Source: Candidatus Deferrimicrobium sp.
Lineage (GTDB): Bacteria; Desulfobacterota; Deferrimicrobia; Deferrimicrobiales; Deferrimicrobiaceae
Direction of reading: 5' to 3'
Assembly: GCA_049664185.1 (NCBI GenBank)
Contig: JBATEU010000236.1
Span: forward strand, 1-58,183
Length of the DNA stretch: 58,183 bases
Under the pieces are notes generated by a model that saw only the letters and a list, made by a program, of their open reading frames with translations, made no database searches and was not told where the DNA came from. Numbering within the stretch: the first letter of the stretch is position 1; every line of letters starts with the position of its first letter. Both the position numbers and the translations under genes were made by a program. This document shows, piece after piece, positions 1-9,109 of this stretch.

Positions 1-1
1 C

Positions 2-646
2 TCCGAGATGATCGGCCCGGGCGTCTCGTTCGAGTGCCACGAGATGCGCAACGGGCTCCACGTCAACGAGGACTACTTCTACCCCGAGATCATCCACCCC
101 GACACCGGCGAGGTGCTGCCCTACGGCGAGGAAGGGGAGCTCGTCATCACGAACTTCGCCAACGAGGGCCAGCCGCTGATGCGGTACCGCACCCGGGACA
201 TCTCGCGGCTGACCGTCGACCCGTGCGCCTGCGGGCGGACCCTCGTCAAGATGCAGCGGGTGACGGGCCGCACCGACGACATGCTGATCATCCGCGGAGT
301 GAACTTCTTCCCGTCCCAGATCGAGTCGATCATCATGAAGCGGTGGGGCGTGTCGCCGCACTACATGGTCGTCGTCGACCGTCCTGGAGCGATGGACGAG
401 GTCGAGGTGAAGATCGAGGTGAACGACGAGTTCATGAGGAAGGCCGCGGCCGACGTCCTCGCGGGGAGCGAGAACGACATCCTGAGCGACGTGGCGACCG
501 CGAAGCAGAAGAAGTCGAACCTGAAGCGCGACATCAAGGATATCATCGGGATCACCGTGCAGGTGACGCTCGTCGCGCCCGGGACGATCCCGCGCAGCGA
601 GGGGAAGGCGAAGCGCGTCGACGACCGGCGCCCGAAAGTCGTGTAA
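2..646 (+). CDS. paaK: Phenylacetate-CoA ligase (PaaK family), C-terminal fragment; 5' end lies outside the window
   Basis: The frame is open from the window edge. The translation (GELVITNF...MRYRTRDISR...CACGRT...GRTDDMLIIRGVNFFPSQIE) closely parallels the C-terminal half of the complete PaaK paralog at 45116-46417. Confidence 0.85.
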   Translation, partial: SEMIGPGVSFECHEMRNGLHVNEDYFYPEIIHPDTGEVLPYGEEGELVITNFANEGQPLMRYRTRDISRLTVDPCACGRTLVKMQRVTGRTDDMLIIRGVNFFPSQIESIIMKRWGVSPHYMVVVDRPGAMDEVEVKIEVNDEFMRKAAADVLAGSENDILSDVATAKQKKSNLKRDIKDIIGITVQVTLVAPGTIPRSEGKAKRVDDRRPKVV

Positions 647-898
647 CACCCGTTCGCGGGAGCGTACGGAGCAGGGGGGTCCCCCGAGCGGAGACCGTAA
701 GTGTGGAACCGGCGGAGACCTCGCGATAGTCAATGATAGGGACTCTGTAGATTCGATAGATATTGAAAAAACACCGGGAGATGAACGCAGGGCACGTTTG
801 CTGGATGCAGCCGGGGAGCCGCGCGGTCGGATGCGAGCGGGGAGCCCCCCTGCGGAGTAGCGATGATATTGCGGGCGCTTGATGTATAGGAGGTTCCG

Positions 899-1336
899 AT
901 GAAGTTGAAGCAGCTGTCGATCTTCCTGGAGAACGCGCCGGGGCGCCTGTACGAGGCGACCCACGCGCTGGGCGAGGCGGGGATCAACCTGCGGTCCCTC
1001 TGCATCAGCGACAGCGCGGACTTCGGAGTCCTGCGGATCCTCGTGTCCGACGTGGCGAAGGCCCGAAGGGTCATCATGGAAAAACAGATGCCGGCGCGCA
1101 TCGACGACGTCGTCGCGGTCGAGATCGACGACACTCCCGGGTCCCTCGCCCGGATCCTTTCCCCGTTCAAGGAGATCAGGGTGAACGTCGAATACATGTA
1201 TGCCCTGGCGGGCGCCTCGTCCGGGAAGGCGGTGATGGTCTTCCGGTTCAACGACAACGACAAGGCGATCGAAATCCTTCAAGGGAACAAGGTCCGGATC
1301 CTCGATGCCGAGGCGTTCGGAATGCTCGAGAAGTAG
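899..1336 (+). CDS. ACT domain-containing protein (tandem ACT), of the type commonly found next to paaK
   Basis: 145 aa. MKLKQLSIFLENAPGRL...GINLRSL plus a second repeat VVAVEIDDTPGSLARIL are typical ACT beta-alpha-beta-beta-alpha-beta signatures. AGGAGG lies a few nt upstream of the ATG. Confidence 0.8.
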   Translation: MKLKQLSIFLENAPGRLYEATHALGEAGINLRSLCISDSADFGVLRILVSDVAKARRVIMEKQMPARIDDVVAVEIDDTPGSLARILSPFKEIRVNVEYMYALAGASSGKAVMVFRFNDNDKAIEILQGNKVRILDAEAFGMLEK

Positions 1337-1339
1337 CGT

Positions 1340-2281
1340 ATGGGGAAGAGCAGCTACCAGCCGAAGCGGTTCGCGGTCGTCGGCGCCGGCCCGGTCGGCG
1401 CGATCGTCGCCGCTTTCCTCGCGAAGGGTGGGTGCGATGTCACCCTGTGCGACCTGGTGCCGTCGCTCCTCGCGCCGGCCCTGGACCCCGGCATCCGCAT
1501 CGAGGGGACCGACACCCTCCAGGCGAGGGTGGCCAGGACCACCACCCGGGTCGACGAGCTGATCGGGGATCCTCCCGACGTCGTGGTCGTGGCGGTCAAG
1601 GCCACCGCCCTCCCGCTGATCGCCTCCACCCTCGAGGGGTTGGCCGCCGGGGGGCGGTACGTCGTCAGCTGGCAGAACGGCATCGACACCGAGCGGGTCC
1701 TCGCGAAACACCTGGGCGCCGAAAACGTCCTGCGGGCCGTCGTCAATCTCGGCTGCGTCCCGGTGGGGCCCGCCCACGTGCGGATCGCCTTCCACCATCG
1801 TCCCCACTACATCCAGGAGCTCGACCCCCGGTCGATGGACGCCGCCGTCGGCATCTCCGAAGTCTTCACCGCGTGCGGGCTCGACACCCGGCACACCGAC
1901 CAGATCCAGCACATGGTCTGGCGCAAGGCGGTCCTGAACGCCTGCATGAACCCGATCTGCGCCGTTACCGGAAAGACGATGGCCGAGGTCATCAACGATC
2001 CGATCCTCTACCACCTGGTCGACGTTCTCATCAAGGAAGGGGTCCTCGTCGCCAGGACCAACGAGTTCCGGCTCGGCTCGAACTTCTACCCGTACTGCAT
2101 CGACTACATACGGAACGCCGGCCACCACAAGCCGTCCATGCTCCAGGACATCGAGGCGGGACGGCGGACCGAGGTCGACTACATCAACGGAAAGATCGTC
2201 GAGTACGGCGCCCAGGCCGGCGTCCCCACCCCGTACAACACGATGATCCGGGGTCTCGTCAAGGCGCTCGAACCGAAATGA
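1340..2281 (+). CDS. 2-dehydropantoate 2-reductase (ApbA/PanE) family NAD(P)H oxidoreductase
   Basis: N-terminal Rossmann motif FAVVGAGPVGAIVAAFL, a conserved C-terminal PSMLQDIEAGRRTEVDYINGKIV motif, and family-typical length. Confidence 0.8.
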   Translation: MGKSSYQPKRFAVVGAGPVGAIVAAFLAKGGCDVTLCDLVPSLLAPALDPGIRIEGTDTLQARVARTTTRVDELIGDPPDVVVVAVKATALPLIASTLEGLAAGGRYVVSWQNGIDTERVLAKHLGAENVLRAVVNLGCVPVGPAHVRIAFHHRPHYIQELDPRSMDAAVGISEVFTACGLDTRHTDQIQHMVWRKAVLNACMNPICAVTGKTMAEVINDPILYHLVDVLIKEGVLVARTNEFRLGSNFYPYCIDYIRNAGHHKPSMLQDIEAGRRTEVDYINGKIVEYGAQAGVPTPYNTMIRGLVKALEPK

Positions 2282-4599
2282 TCCGGGAAAACGTTGCGCG
2301 TCTCGCCGCGCGGATGCACGACCGCCCGCAATACCCGTCGCAGGGGGCGGTGCTCTTCGTCGACCTCGAGCGGCGGGAGCATTTCCCGAAGTACCTTCCC
2401 GTCGGGGTGTTGCGGTCGTTCCTCTCCGGCCGCGGCGCGAACATGTTCCTCCTCCATAACCTCCTTCTCGACGGCAGGGATCCTCTCGACCCGCAGATAC
2501 CGATGATCTTCGGAAGCGGCGTCTTCACGGGGACGCTTCCCTCCGCCGCCCGCGGCAACCTCACCGGCGTCGCCCCCGACAGCAACGCGATCCTCGACAG
2601 CAACTGCGGGGATTTCTTCCCCGCGTTTTTCAAGCGGAACGGGTACGACCACCTTGTCCTCTACGGGCGGGCCGCCGGATGGACCCTCCTCGAGCTCTCC
2701 CGCGGGGAGGTCCGCTTTCACGACGCCGCTCCCTACCTCGGGATGGACAACACCGACCTCACCCGGGCCGTCGAGAGGGATTTCTCCTGCGCCGAGCGGA
2801 AGGACATGGCGATGGCCCGCATCACGCGCGCCGGCGAGAACCTGGTCCTGTGCTCCGGGATCATGGGGGGGCCGAAGGCGATCTACGCCCGGTGCGGCAC
2901 CGGCGCGAAGATGGGCTCCCTCCGGCTGAAAGCCGTGATGATCCTCGGCCGGGGAGACACCCCCACCCTATCGAAGGTCTACAAGGAGAACAACCGGGAG
3001 CTGGCCCGGAAAATCCTCGCGACCAGCGTCGTCAAGTACGCCCTGAAAAAGGTGGGGACGCCCTTCCTCTACAAGCCCAGCCGCATCCTCGGCGCGATGG
3101 GGACGAAAAACAACCAGGAGACGATCTGGTACGACACCCTCGACGCCGACAACTTCGACGTGTACCGGCCGGGGATGGATGGCTGCTTCCAGTGCCCGAT
3201 CCGGTGCCGCCCGTTGAACGACCTCACCCCGGAAGGGAAGGGGGGGTGGGGCGCCGACGCGATGAAGGGGGTGACCGGGAACGCAGGGTACGACGAGGGG
3301 CAGGCCGGGATCGGGCACCTGCGGGAGAAGAGTTACAAGGGGATCCGGGGGGACGGCGCGTACGACCGGCACGACAAGGGGGACGGGCCCGATTACGTCA
3401 CCCTGGGGAAGATGGGCCCGATGATCGGGATCCGGGAGCCGGAACAGGTCCTGCGCCTGAACAACATCCTCAACGACCTCGGGCTGGACTCGGCCAGCAC
3501 GGGGAGCGCGATCGCCTGGGCGATGGAGCTTTACCAGCGAGGCATCATCACCTCGAAGGAGACCGGCGGGCTCGACCTGACGTGGGGAAAGTACGAAGTG
3601 ATCGAAAAGCTCCTGTACATGACGGCCCGGAGGGAAGGGTTCGGCGACGTGATCGCGGACTCCGCGCGGGCGGTGGAGCGGGGGAGGTACCCGGCGGAGG
3701 CGCTGAAGTACCGGATGGCCGTCAAGGGGCTGTTCCAGTCCGATCCGCACGACGCGCGCATCATCAAGGGGTTCGCCCTCGGCCTCGCCGTCTCGACCCG
3801 CGGCATGGATCACCTCCGGAACCGGCCCACCCTGGAGATCAACGCCAGGATCAACGACAACCCCGAATTCAAGACCGCCCTCTACGGCGGAATCGTAGCG
3901 AAGGAGCCCACGAGCTACGAGGGGAAGGAGCACGCCGTCGCCACGTGCGACAAGACGTTCGCGGTCGGGGACGCCGTCGGCGTCTGCCGCTTCGCGACGA
4001 AGCTGTTCAACTCCCCATCGACGGCCGACTACAACGACTTCGCCGTGCAGCTGAAGGAGCTGACGGGGGAGGAGTTCACCCCCGCGCAGCTGGACGAGAT
4101 CGGACGGAACATCACAGGGATCGAGCGCCTGATCAATGCGCGCCTCGGATTGACGGAGAAGGACGACACCCTCCCCGACCGCTGGTTCGAGGAGGAGATC
4201 ACCGCGGGGCCATTCGCGGGGGAGAAGATCGACCGGGCCGAGTTCGAGGCGCTGAAGGCCCGCTACTACTCCCTGCTCGGGCTGAACGCCGCGGGCGTGC
4301 CGTCGCTCGAATGGCATCGCCGCCTCGCGGAAGCGATCACGGGATTCGCCGTCCAGGTCGCGCTTCCCGCGGGGATCCCCGGAGCCCCGGAAGGGGCGGT
4401 CATCGTCGATCGGCCCGTGTCCGACGTCGCCGGGCTCCGGGAGGCGCTGAAGGAGCGGCTTCCCCACGCGGCCCGGAAACTGGAGGACAGCTCCCTGGTC
4501 GTTTCCGTCAACGGGATCATGGTCCTATCGAACGAGGACGCGGCCCCCGTCCGGAGCGGCGACGAGGTCGCCGTCATGCGCATCATCGCGGGAGGCTGA
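2278..4599 (+). CDS. Aldehyde:ferredoxin oxidoreductase (tungstopterin AOR family) with a C-terminal MoaD/ThiS-like beta-grasp domain ending in Gly-Gly
   Basis: The start ATG overlaps the upstream stop (ATGA). It has AFOR N- and C-domain-like sequence (GRGANMFLL, GNLTGVAPDSN, DSASTGSAIAWAMELYQRGII). The last ~84 aa (…VSVNGIMV…SGDEVAVMRIIAGG) look like MoaD/ThiS. The upstream part of track ORF 1432-4599 overlaps the panE-like gene in another frame and is rejected. Confidence 0.85.
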   Translation: MIRENVARLAARMHDRPQYPSQGAVLFVDLERREHFPKYLPVGVLRSFLSGRGANMFLLHNLLLDGRDPLDPQIPMIFGSGVFTGTLPSAARGNLTGVAPDSNAILDSNCGDFFPAFFKRNGYDHLVLYGRAAGWTLLELSRGEVRFHDAAPYLGMDNTDLTRAVERDFSCAERKDMAMARITRAGENLVLCSGIMGGPKAIYARCGTGAKMGSLRLKAVMILGRGDTPTLSKVYKENNRELARKILATSVVKYALKKVGTPFLYKPSRILGAMGTKNNQETIWYDTLDADNFDVYRPGMDGCFQCPIRCRPLNDLTPEGKGGWGADAMKGVTGNAGYDEGQAGIGHLREKSYKGIRGDGAYDRHDKGDGPDYVTLGKMGPMIGIREPEQVLRLNNILNDLGLDSASTGSAIAWAMELYQRGIITSKETGGLDLTWGKYEVIEKLLYMTARREGFGDVIADSARAVERGRYPAEALKYRMAVKGLFQSDPHDARIIKGFALGLAVSTRGMDHLRNRPTLEINARINDNPEFKTALYGGIVAKEPTSYEGKEHAVATCDKTFAVGDAVGVCRFATKLFNSPSTADYNDFAVQLKELTGEEFTPAQLDEIGRNITGIERLINARLGLTEKDDTLPDRWFEEEITAGPFAGEKIDRAEFEALKARYYSLLGLNAAGVPSLEWHRRLAEAITGFAVQVALPAGIPGAPEGAVIVDRPVSDVAGLREALKERLPHAARKLEDSSLVVSVNGIMVLSNEDAAPVRSGDEVAVMRIIAGG

Positions 4600-4627
4600 G
4601 AGAGGACGGACCCCATGGAGGACGCAA

Positions 4628-5833
4628 ATGACGGATGCCTATATCTGTGACGCGGTCCGCACCCCGATCGGGAGGTACGCCGGCTGCCTGTCGGCGGTCC
4701 GGACCGACGATCTCGCCGCCGCGCCGATCGTCGAGCTCATGAAGCGGAACCCCTCCGTCGATTGGGGAGGGGTGAACGACGTGATGTACGGGTGCACGAA
4801 CCAGGCGGGAGAGGACAACCGGAACGTGGCGCGGATGGCGGGGCTCCTGGCCGGTTTCCCTCCGGAGGTCGCGGGGGTGACGTTCAACCGACTGTGCGGT
4901 TCCGGGATGGACGCGGTCGGGAGCGCCGCCCGCGCGATCAAGGCGGGGGAGGCGGAGCTGATCGTCGCGGGGGGGGTCGAGAGCATGTCCCGCGCCCCTT
5001 ACGTGATGAGCAAGGGAGCCGCCCCGTTCGACCGGGGAGTCGAGATGCACGACAGCACGATCGGGTGGCGCTTCGTGAACCGCCGGATGAAGGAGCGGTA
5101 CGGGGTCGAGTCGATGGCGTCGACGGCGGAGAACGTGGCGGACCAGTTCGGGATCTCCCGGGAGGACCAGGACCTCTTCGCCCTGCGAAGCCAGCGGAAG
5201 ACCGCGGCCGCCGCCGCGAGCGGGCGGCTCCGGGAGGAGATCGTCCCGGTCGTTCTCCCGAGGAAAAAGGGGGAGGAGGTCGTGGTCGGTGCCGACGAGC
5301 ATCCGCGGCCGGACACCACGCTGGAGGGCCTCGCCCGCCTGAAGCCGATCGTGCGGCCCGACGGGACGGTGACCGCGGGAAACGCCTCGGGCGTGAACGA
5401 CGGCGCCTGCGCGCTCCTGATCGCTTCCGGGGAGTCGGCGAAACGGAACGGCCTGACCCCGCGGGCTCGCATCGTCGCGATGGCGGTCGCCGGGGTCGCC
5501 CCGCGGGTGATGGGGATCGGACCGATTCCCGCGACCCGGAAAGTGCTGGCCCTCGCGGGCCTCGACCTGTCCCGGATGGATGTGATCGAGCTGAACGAGG
5601 CGTTCTCTGCCCAGTCGCTCGCCGTCCTGCGGGAACTCGGCTTGCCGGACGACGCGCCCCACGTCAACCCGAACGGCGGGGCGATCGCCCTCGGGCACCC
5701 CCTGGGGATGAGCGGAGCCCGCCTCGTGACGACCGCGACGTACCAGCTTCAGAGGACGAAAGGCCGCTACGCTCTATGCACCATGTGCATCGGCGTGGGC
5801 CAGGGGATCGCGATGATCCTCGAGAAGGTCTGA
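4628..5833 (+). CDS. Acetyl-CoA C-acyltransferase / 3-oxoadipyl-CoA thiolase-like (thiolase II family)
   Basis: 401 aa with thiolase signatures ([47 protein letters not shown]). Confidence 0.9.
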   Translation: MTDAYICDAVRTPIGRYAGCLSAVRTDDLAAAPIVELMKRNPSVDWGGVNDVMYGCTNQAGEDNRNVARMAGLLAGFPPEVAGVTFNRLCGSGMDAVGSAARAIKAGEAELIVAGGVESMSRAPYVMSKGAAPFDRGVEMHDSTIGWRFVNRRMKERYGVESMASTAENVADQFGISREDQDLFALRSQRKTAAAAASGRLREEIVPVVLPRKKGEEVVVGADEHPRPDTTLEGLARLKPIVRPDGTVTAGNASGVNDGACALLIASGESAKRNGLTPRARIVAMAVAGVAPRVMGIGPIPATRKVLALAGLDLSRMDVIELNEAFSAQSLAVLRELGLPDDAPHVNPNGGAIALGHPLGMSGARLVTTATYQLQRTKGRYALCTMCIGVGQGIAMILEKV

Positions 5834-5884
5834 CCCGGCACGAATCGACTGAAGCAGAACGGCCCTGGTGCCGATATATAAGGC

Positions 5885-6757
5885 ATGAAGCAAAGATTCG
5901 TCATGCACGGGAAAGGAGCGCAAATGACGGGCCTTATGAGAGTGGCCGTTGTTCTTTCGTTGATATTGTGCGGAGGCATCTGTTTTGCCGACGACAACAA
6001 TAGCAACCAGCTGGTGCAGACATTGATGCACAAGTCCGGACTGAAAAAACAGATAGAGCAGGTGCCGCAGCTGCTGCAAGCCGAATTGGATCAGCAGCAG
6101 ATGGAAGCCAAGGGCCTCACACAAGAGGATTTCAAAAAAATCAGCCGCATGGCGAGATCCGCGTTTGACGCAAAGACGATCCATGACACCGTGCAAACGT
6201 ATATCAAATCGAATTTGCCCGAGAATGATACGAGGGCCGTACTCGAATGGCTGGATTCTCCTCTCGGCAGGAAAATAACGAGGCTGGAGGAAGACGCATC
6301 AACGGCGGAAGCCTACACGGAGATGCAGGCGATCGGTCCGAAGTTGTTGGATGAAAATAAAGATTCCGCGCGCATTCAAAAAATTAAAAGGCTGGACAAC
6401 GCAATAGGAGCGACCGAATCCACGATCACCACGGTGCTGAATATTCAATTGGCCATGATTACCGCCATGTCGGGAGCGATGGAAGCCGATAAAGGGCCTG
6501 CCTTTGAAGATGTTCAGGAGTTAGTGAACAGGACCAGATCGCAGATTCAGGCAGTTATGGAACGGATGGTACAGATGCAATTTCTATATTCCTATCGTGA
6601 ACTGACGGACTACGAGATCGACAGGTATACACAGTTTGCGGAATCCAAACCGGGCCAACGATATCATTTTGTATCTATCAGGGCGATCGATGAAGCCCTG
6701 GTTCGGGCCGCCCGCAAAATGGGGAGTCAAATGGGAATGAGAATGAACAGGATATAG
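5885..6757 (+). CDS. Secreted hypothetical protein with two DUF2059-like repeats
   Basis: It has a signal-peptide-like N-terminus (LMRVAVVLSLILCGGICFA). Repeated motifs LEWLDSPLGRKI and YTQFAESKPGQRY resemble DUF2059; that family assignment is from memory. G+C is visibly lower than in the neighbours. The start could instead be the ATG at 5927. Confidence 0.6.
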   Translation: MKQRFVMHGKGAQMTGLMRVAVVLSLILCGGICFADDNNSNQLVQTLMHKSGLKKQIEQVPQLLQAELDQQQMEAKGLTQEDFKKISRMARSAFDAKTIHDTVQTYIKSNLPENDTRAVLEWLDSPLGRKITRLEEDASTAEAYTEMQAIGPKLLDENKDSARIQKIKRLDNAIGATESTITTVLNIQLAMITAMSGAMEADKGPAFEDVQELVNRTRSQIQAVMERMVQMQFLYSYRELTDYEIDRYTQFAESKPGQRYHFVSIRAIDEALVRAARKMGSQMGMRMNRI

Positions 6758-6792
6758 CGGCGCCTTAACCACACTGTTCGCGCGGCGTCGAA

Positions 6793-7200
6793 TCAGGCGG
6801 ATCCGGTTGCGCCCTTCGCCGGGATCAGCGTCCTGACTTTCCCGTCCTGCGCTTCGGAAGGCTCCGTTTCGCCCTTCATCCTGGTGCGTCCGTCGAAAAC
6901 CGCCCCCTCGGCGATCGCCAGCTTCGGGGCCTGGATCTCCCCGGCCATCGAGGCTTTCCCCGTCAACTCCACCGTTTCCTTGGCCTCGATGTTCCCCTCG
7001 ACCGATCCCCCGACGACCACCCCCCGGGCGTGGGTGTTCCCCACGATCTTCCCGGTCTCGCCGACGACCACCCAGTCGGCGTGGACATCCCCCTCCACGA
7101 TCCCGTCGATGCGGATCGTTCCCTTCACGCTCACCTGCCCCGCGACGTGCGTGCCATCCCCGACGATCGTCTCCAGTTTCCGGGACCCTTTTCCGAACAT
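6793..7200 (-). CDS. Bactofilin (CcmA/DUF583 family cytoskeletal protein)
   Basis: 135 aa. MFGKG…TIVGDGTHVAGQVSVKGTIRIDGIVEGDV… is the repetitive beta-helix bactofilin signature. The start was chosen at the internal ATG of track ORF 6793-8127. Confidence 0.85.
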   Translation of the reverse strand: MFGKGSRKLETIVGDGTHVAGQVSVKGTIRIDGIVEGDVHADWVVVGETGKIVGNTHARGVVVGGSVEGNIEAKETVELTGKASMAGEIQAPKLAIAEGAVFDGRTRMKGETEPSEAQDGKVRTLIPAKGATGSA

Positions 7201-7202
7201 GC

Positions 7203-8060
7203 TCACCTCCTGGCGAGATAACCGGCCGGGTTGGTGTGTCGGCCGTTCTTCCAGATCTCGTAATGCACGTGCGGGCCGGTGGATACACCGGTGGAGCCGG
7301 AGAGCGCGATCGGTTCCCCCCGGACGACGCGTTGGCCGACCTTGACCGACGCTTTCCGGTTGTGCGCGTACGCCGTGCTGAATCCGCGCCCGTGTTCGAC
7401 GACCACGACGATGCCGCTGTTCTCCGTCCAGCCGGCGAAGCTCACGATCCCGTCCGCCGTCGCGGCCACCTTGCTGCCGGGCGGGACGGAGATGTCCACC
7501 CCCGTGTGGAACCGGGGAGCTTGATACACCGGGTGGAGGCGGTTTCCGTAGACCGAGGAAAGGTGGCCTGCCGCCGGCCACCCGAGAGGCGTGGAAAGGT
7601 AGATGTCCTTCTGCTCCTCGACGTAGGTCCGGATTTCGGTGACCGACCGCATCGACGCCTCGATCTGCTCCCGGAGCATCTCCATGTCGAGGGATCCGGT
7701 ATCCGCGGGGTCCGTCGACTCGAGGACGGCGGTCTTCGATTTCACGCCGAACAGCTTCCTGAAATCCCTCTCCGACTGTTTCAAGGAAAGCATGGTGTCC
7801 CTCATCGCGAGGAATTGCGACGAGAGGTACGAGAGCCTCTCCTTCATCCGCTGGTGCTCCACGGCGCGGACCGACATGGCGACCACCACGGAGGCTCCGA
7901 GGAGGAACAGGCAGACAAATGAGGCGAGCGCAAGGACGGGGACCCGGATGCTGATCGGCTTCGTCCGGCTGTGAGGGACCATCAGGATGGTGACCGGTGT
8001 GAGAAGCCGTTTTAGAAACATCCTCGGTCGGTTCAATCCGGTTCCCTCCGCGATGGTCAA
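7203..8060 (-). CDS. M23 family (LytM-type) metallopeptidase, membrane anchored
   Basis: HTGVDISVPPGSKV…HGRGFSTAYAHN…GSTGVSTGPHVHYEI are M23 zinc-site motifs. It has an N-terminal TM segment. It ends 2 nt before the bactofilin start. The start may be the internal MFLKRLL. Confidence 0.85.
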   Translation of the reverse strand: MTIAEGTGLNRPRMFLKRLLTPVTILMVPHSRTKPISIRVPVLALASFVCLFLLGASVVVAMSVRAVEHQRMKERLSYLSSQFLAMRDTMLSLKQSERDFRKLFGVKSKTAVLESTDPADTGSLDMEMLREQIEASMRSVTEIRTYVEEQKDIYLSTPLGWPAAGHLSSVYGNRLHPVYQAPRFHTGVDISVPPGSKVAATADGIVSFAGWTENSGIVVVVEHGRGFSTAYAHNRKASVKVGQRVVRGEPIALSGSTGVSTGPHVHYEIWKNGRHTNPAGYLARR

Positions 8061-8242
8061 ATGAATTCAAGCAATAGGCATTCCAAGGGGAAGGGCGGGG
8101 TAACCGCCTGATAAGTAAAGCTTCCATCGCCGGTCGGGGGACGCTCCGGTACCATTTTTCGCATCCGCGCCGGATTCGATGACGGGAATGGAATTTCCGG
8201 GGAATCGGGAGCCCGCGGCGATATCGGCCTTGCCGCGCAGTG

Positions 8243-9085
8243 CTAGGACGCTTTCGGCAGCAGGCCGCGCTCCGAAAGCTTCCCGTGGCGGAAGGCGCCC
8301 CACAGGGCGGCGCCGATCGCGCCGGCGAACAGGGAGTCCGCGTGGGCGGCGACCTTCGTCTCCATCTTCTGCCGGACCATCCCGTCCTGGAGGGCCGAAA
8401 CCAGCCCCGCGTCCAGCGCCAGCCCGCCGGTCATCATCACCACCCCGCGCTTCACGTCGATCGACTTGAGCAGCTTGATCAGGCGCTCCGCCATCGACTC
8501 GTGGATGCCGCGCAGGATGTCGCTCGGCTTGATCGCGCGGGAGACCATGTTGATCACGTCGGTCTCCGCCAGGACGGCGCAGATGCTGCTCACCTTCTCC
8601 GGCTTCGTCGCCTGCCGCGACAGCGCGCCGATCTCGTCCTGGGCGATCCCGAGGTACCGGGAGATATTCTCGAGGAATTGCCCGGAGCCGGACGCGCACT
8701 GGCTGGTCATCCGGTAGGTCAGGACCTTCCCCTTCCCGTCGATGGAGATCGCGCGGCCGTGCAGCGCCCCGATGTCGAGCACCGCGCGCGCCTCGGGGTT
8801 TAGGTACAGGGCCCCCCGGGCGTGGGTGGTCATCGAGTAGAAGTGCCCCGTCGCGCCCGGAAGGCTCTCCCCCTCGCCGGTGGTCGCGACGTAGTCGACG
8901 TCGTCCCGCGCGAGGCCCGCGGAATCGAGGACGGATTTCATCGACTCCTCGACGAGGGCGAACGGGTTCCGCTGGCGGATGCGGGCGTCCCAGCGGGAGA
9001 GCCACTCGCTTTTTTCCCCTTCCATGCGGAACAGCGCGGTCTTGATGACTCCGGATCCGACGTCGACGCCGATCGAAACGGTCAT
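8243..9085 (-). CDS. bcrD: Benzoyl-CoA reductase subunit D (BcrD/BadG type, BcrAD_BadFG ATPase family)
   Basis: 280 aa acetate/sugar-kinase-fold ATPase (IGVDVGSGVIK, DIGALHG, CASGSGQFLE). It is the last gene of a C-B-A-D operon. Confidence 0.8.
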   Translation of the reverse strand: MTVSIGVDVGSGVIKTALFRMEGEKSEWLSRWDARIRQRNPFALVEESMKSVLDSAGLARDDVDYVATTGEGESLPGATGHFYSMTTHARGALYLNPEARAVLDIGALHGRAISIDGKGKVLTYRMTSQCASGSGQFLENISRYLGIAQDEIGALSRQATKPEKVSSICAVLAETDVINMVSRAIKPSDILRGIHESMAERLIKLLKSIDVKRGVVMMTGGLALDAGLVSALQDGMVRQKMETKVAAHADSLFAGAIGAALWGAFRHGKLSERGLLPKAS

Positions 9086-9109
9086 GGGCTCCTCTCCTTG
9101 GTGCGTCGC

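Noticed and set aside
1432-2277. Upstream extension of the AOR ORF (the track ORF starts at 1432)
   Set aside because: This part overlaps the PanE-like gene in another frame and translates to an Arg/Pro-rich sequence. AOR-like sequence starts at the ATG 2278, which overlaps the panE-like stop.
2278-4599. AOR-family gene as BamB (class II benzoyl-CoA reductase active-site subunit)
   Set aside because: No bamC-I-like neighbours flank it. It is coupled to paaK/ACT/panE-like/thiolase genes, carries a MoaD-like tail that I do not associate with BamB, and a complete class I bcrCBAD operon is present. I cannot exclude it without a phylogeny.
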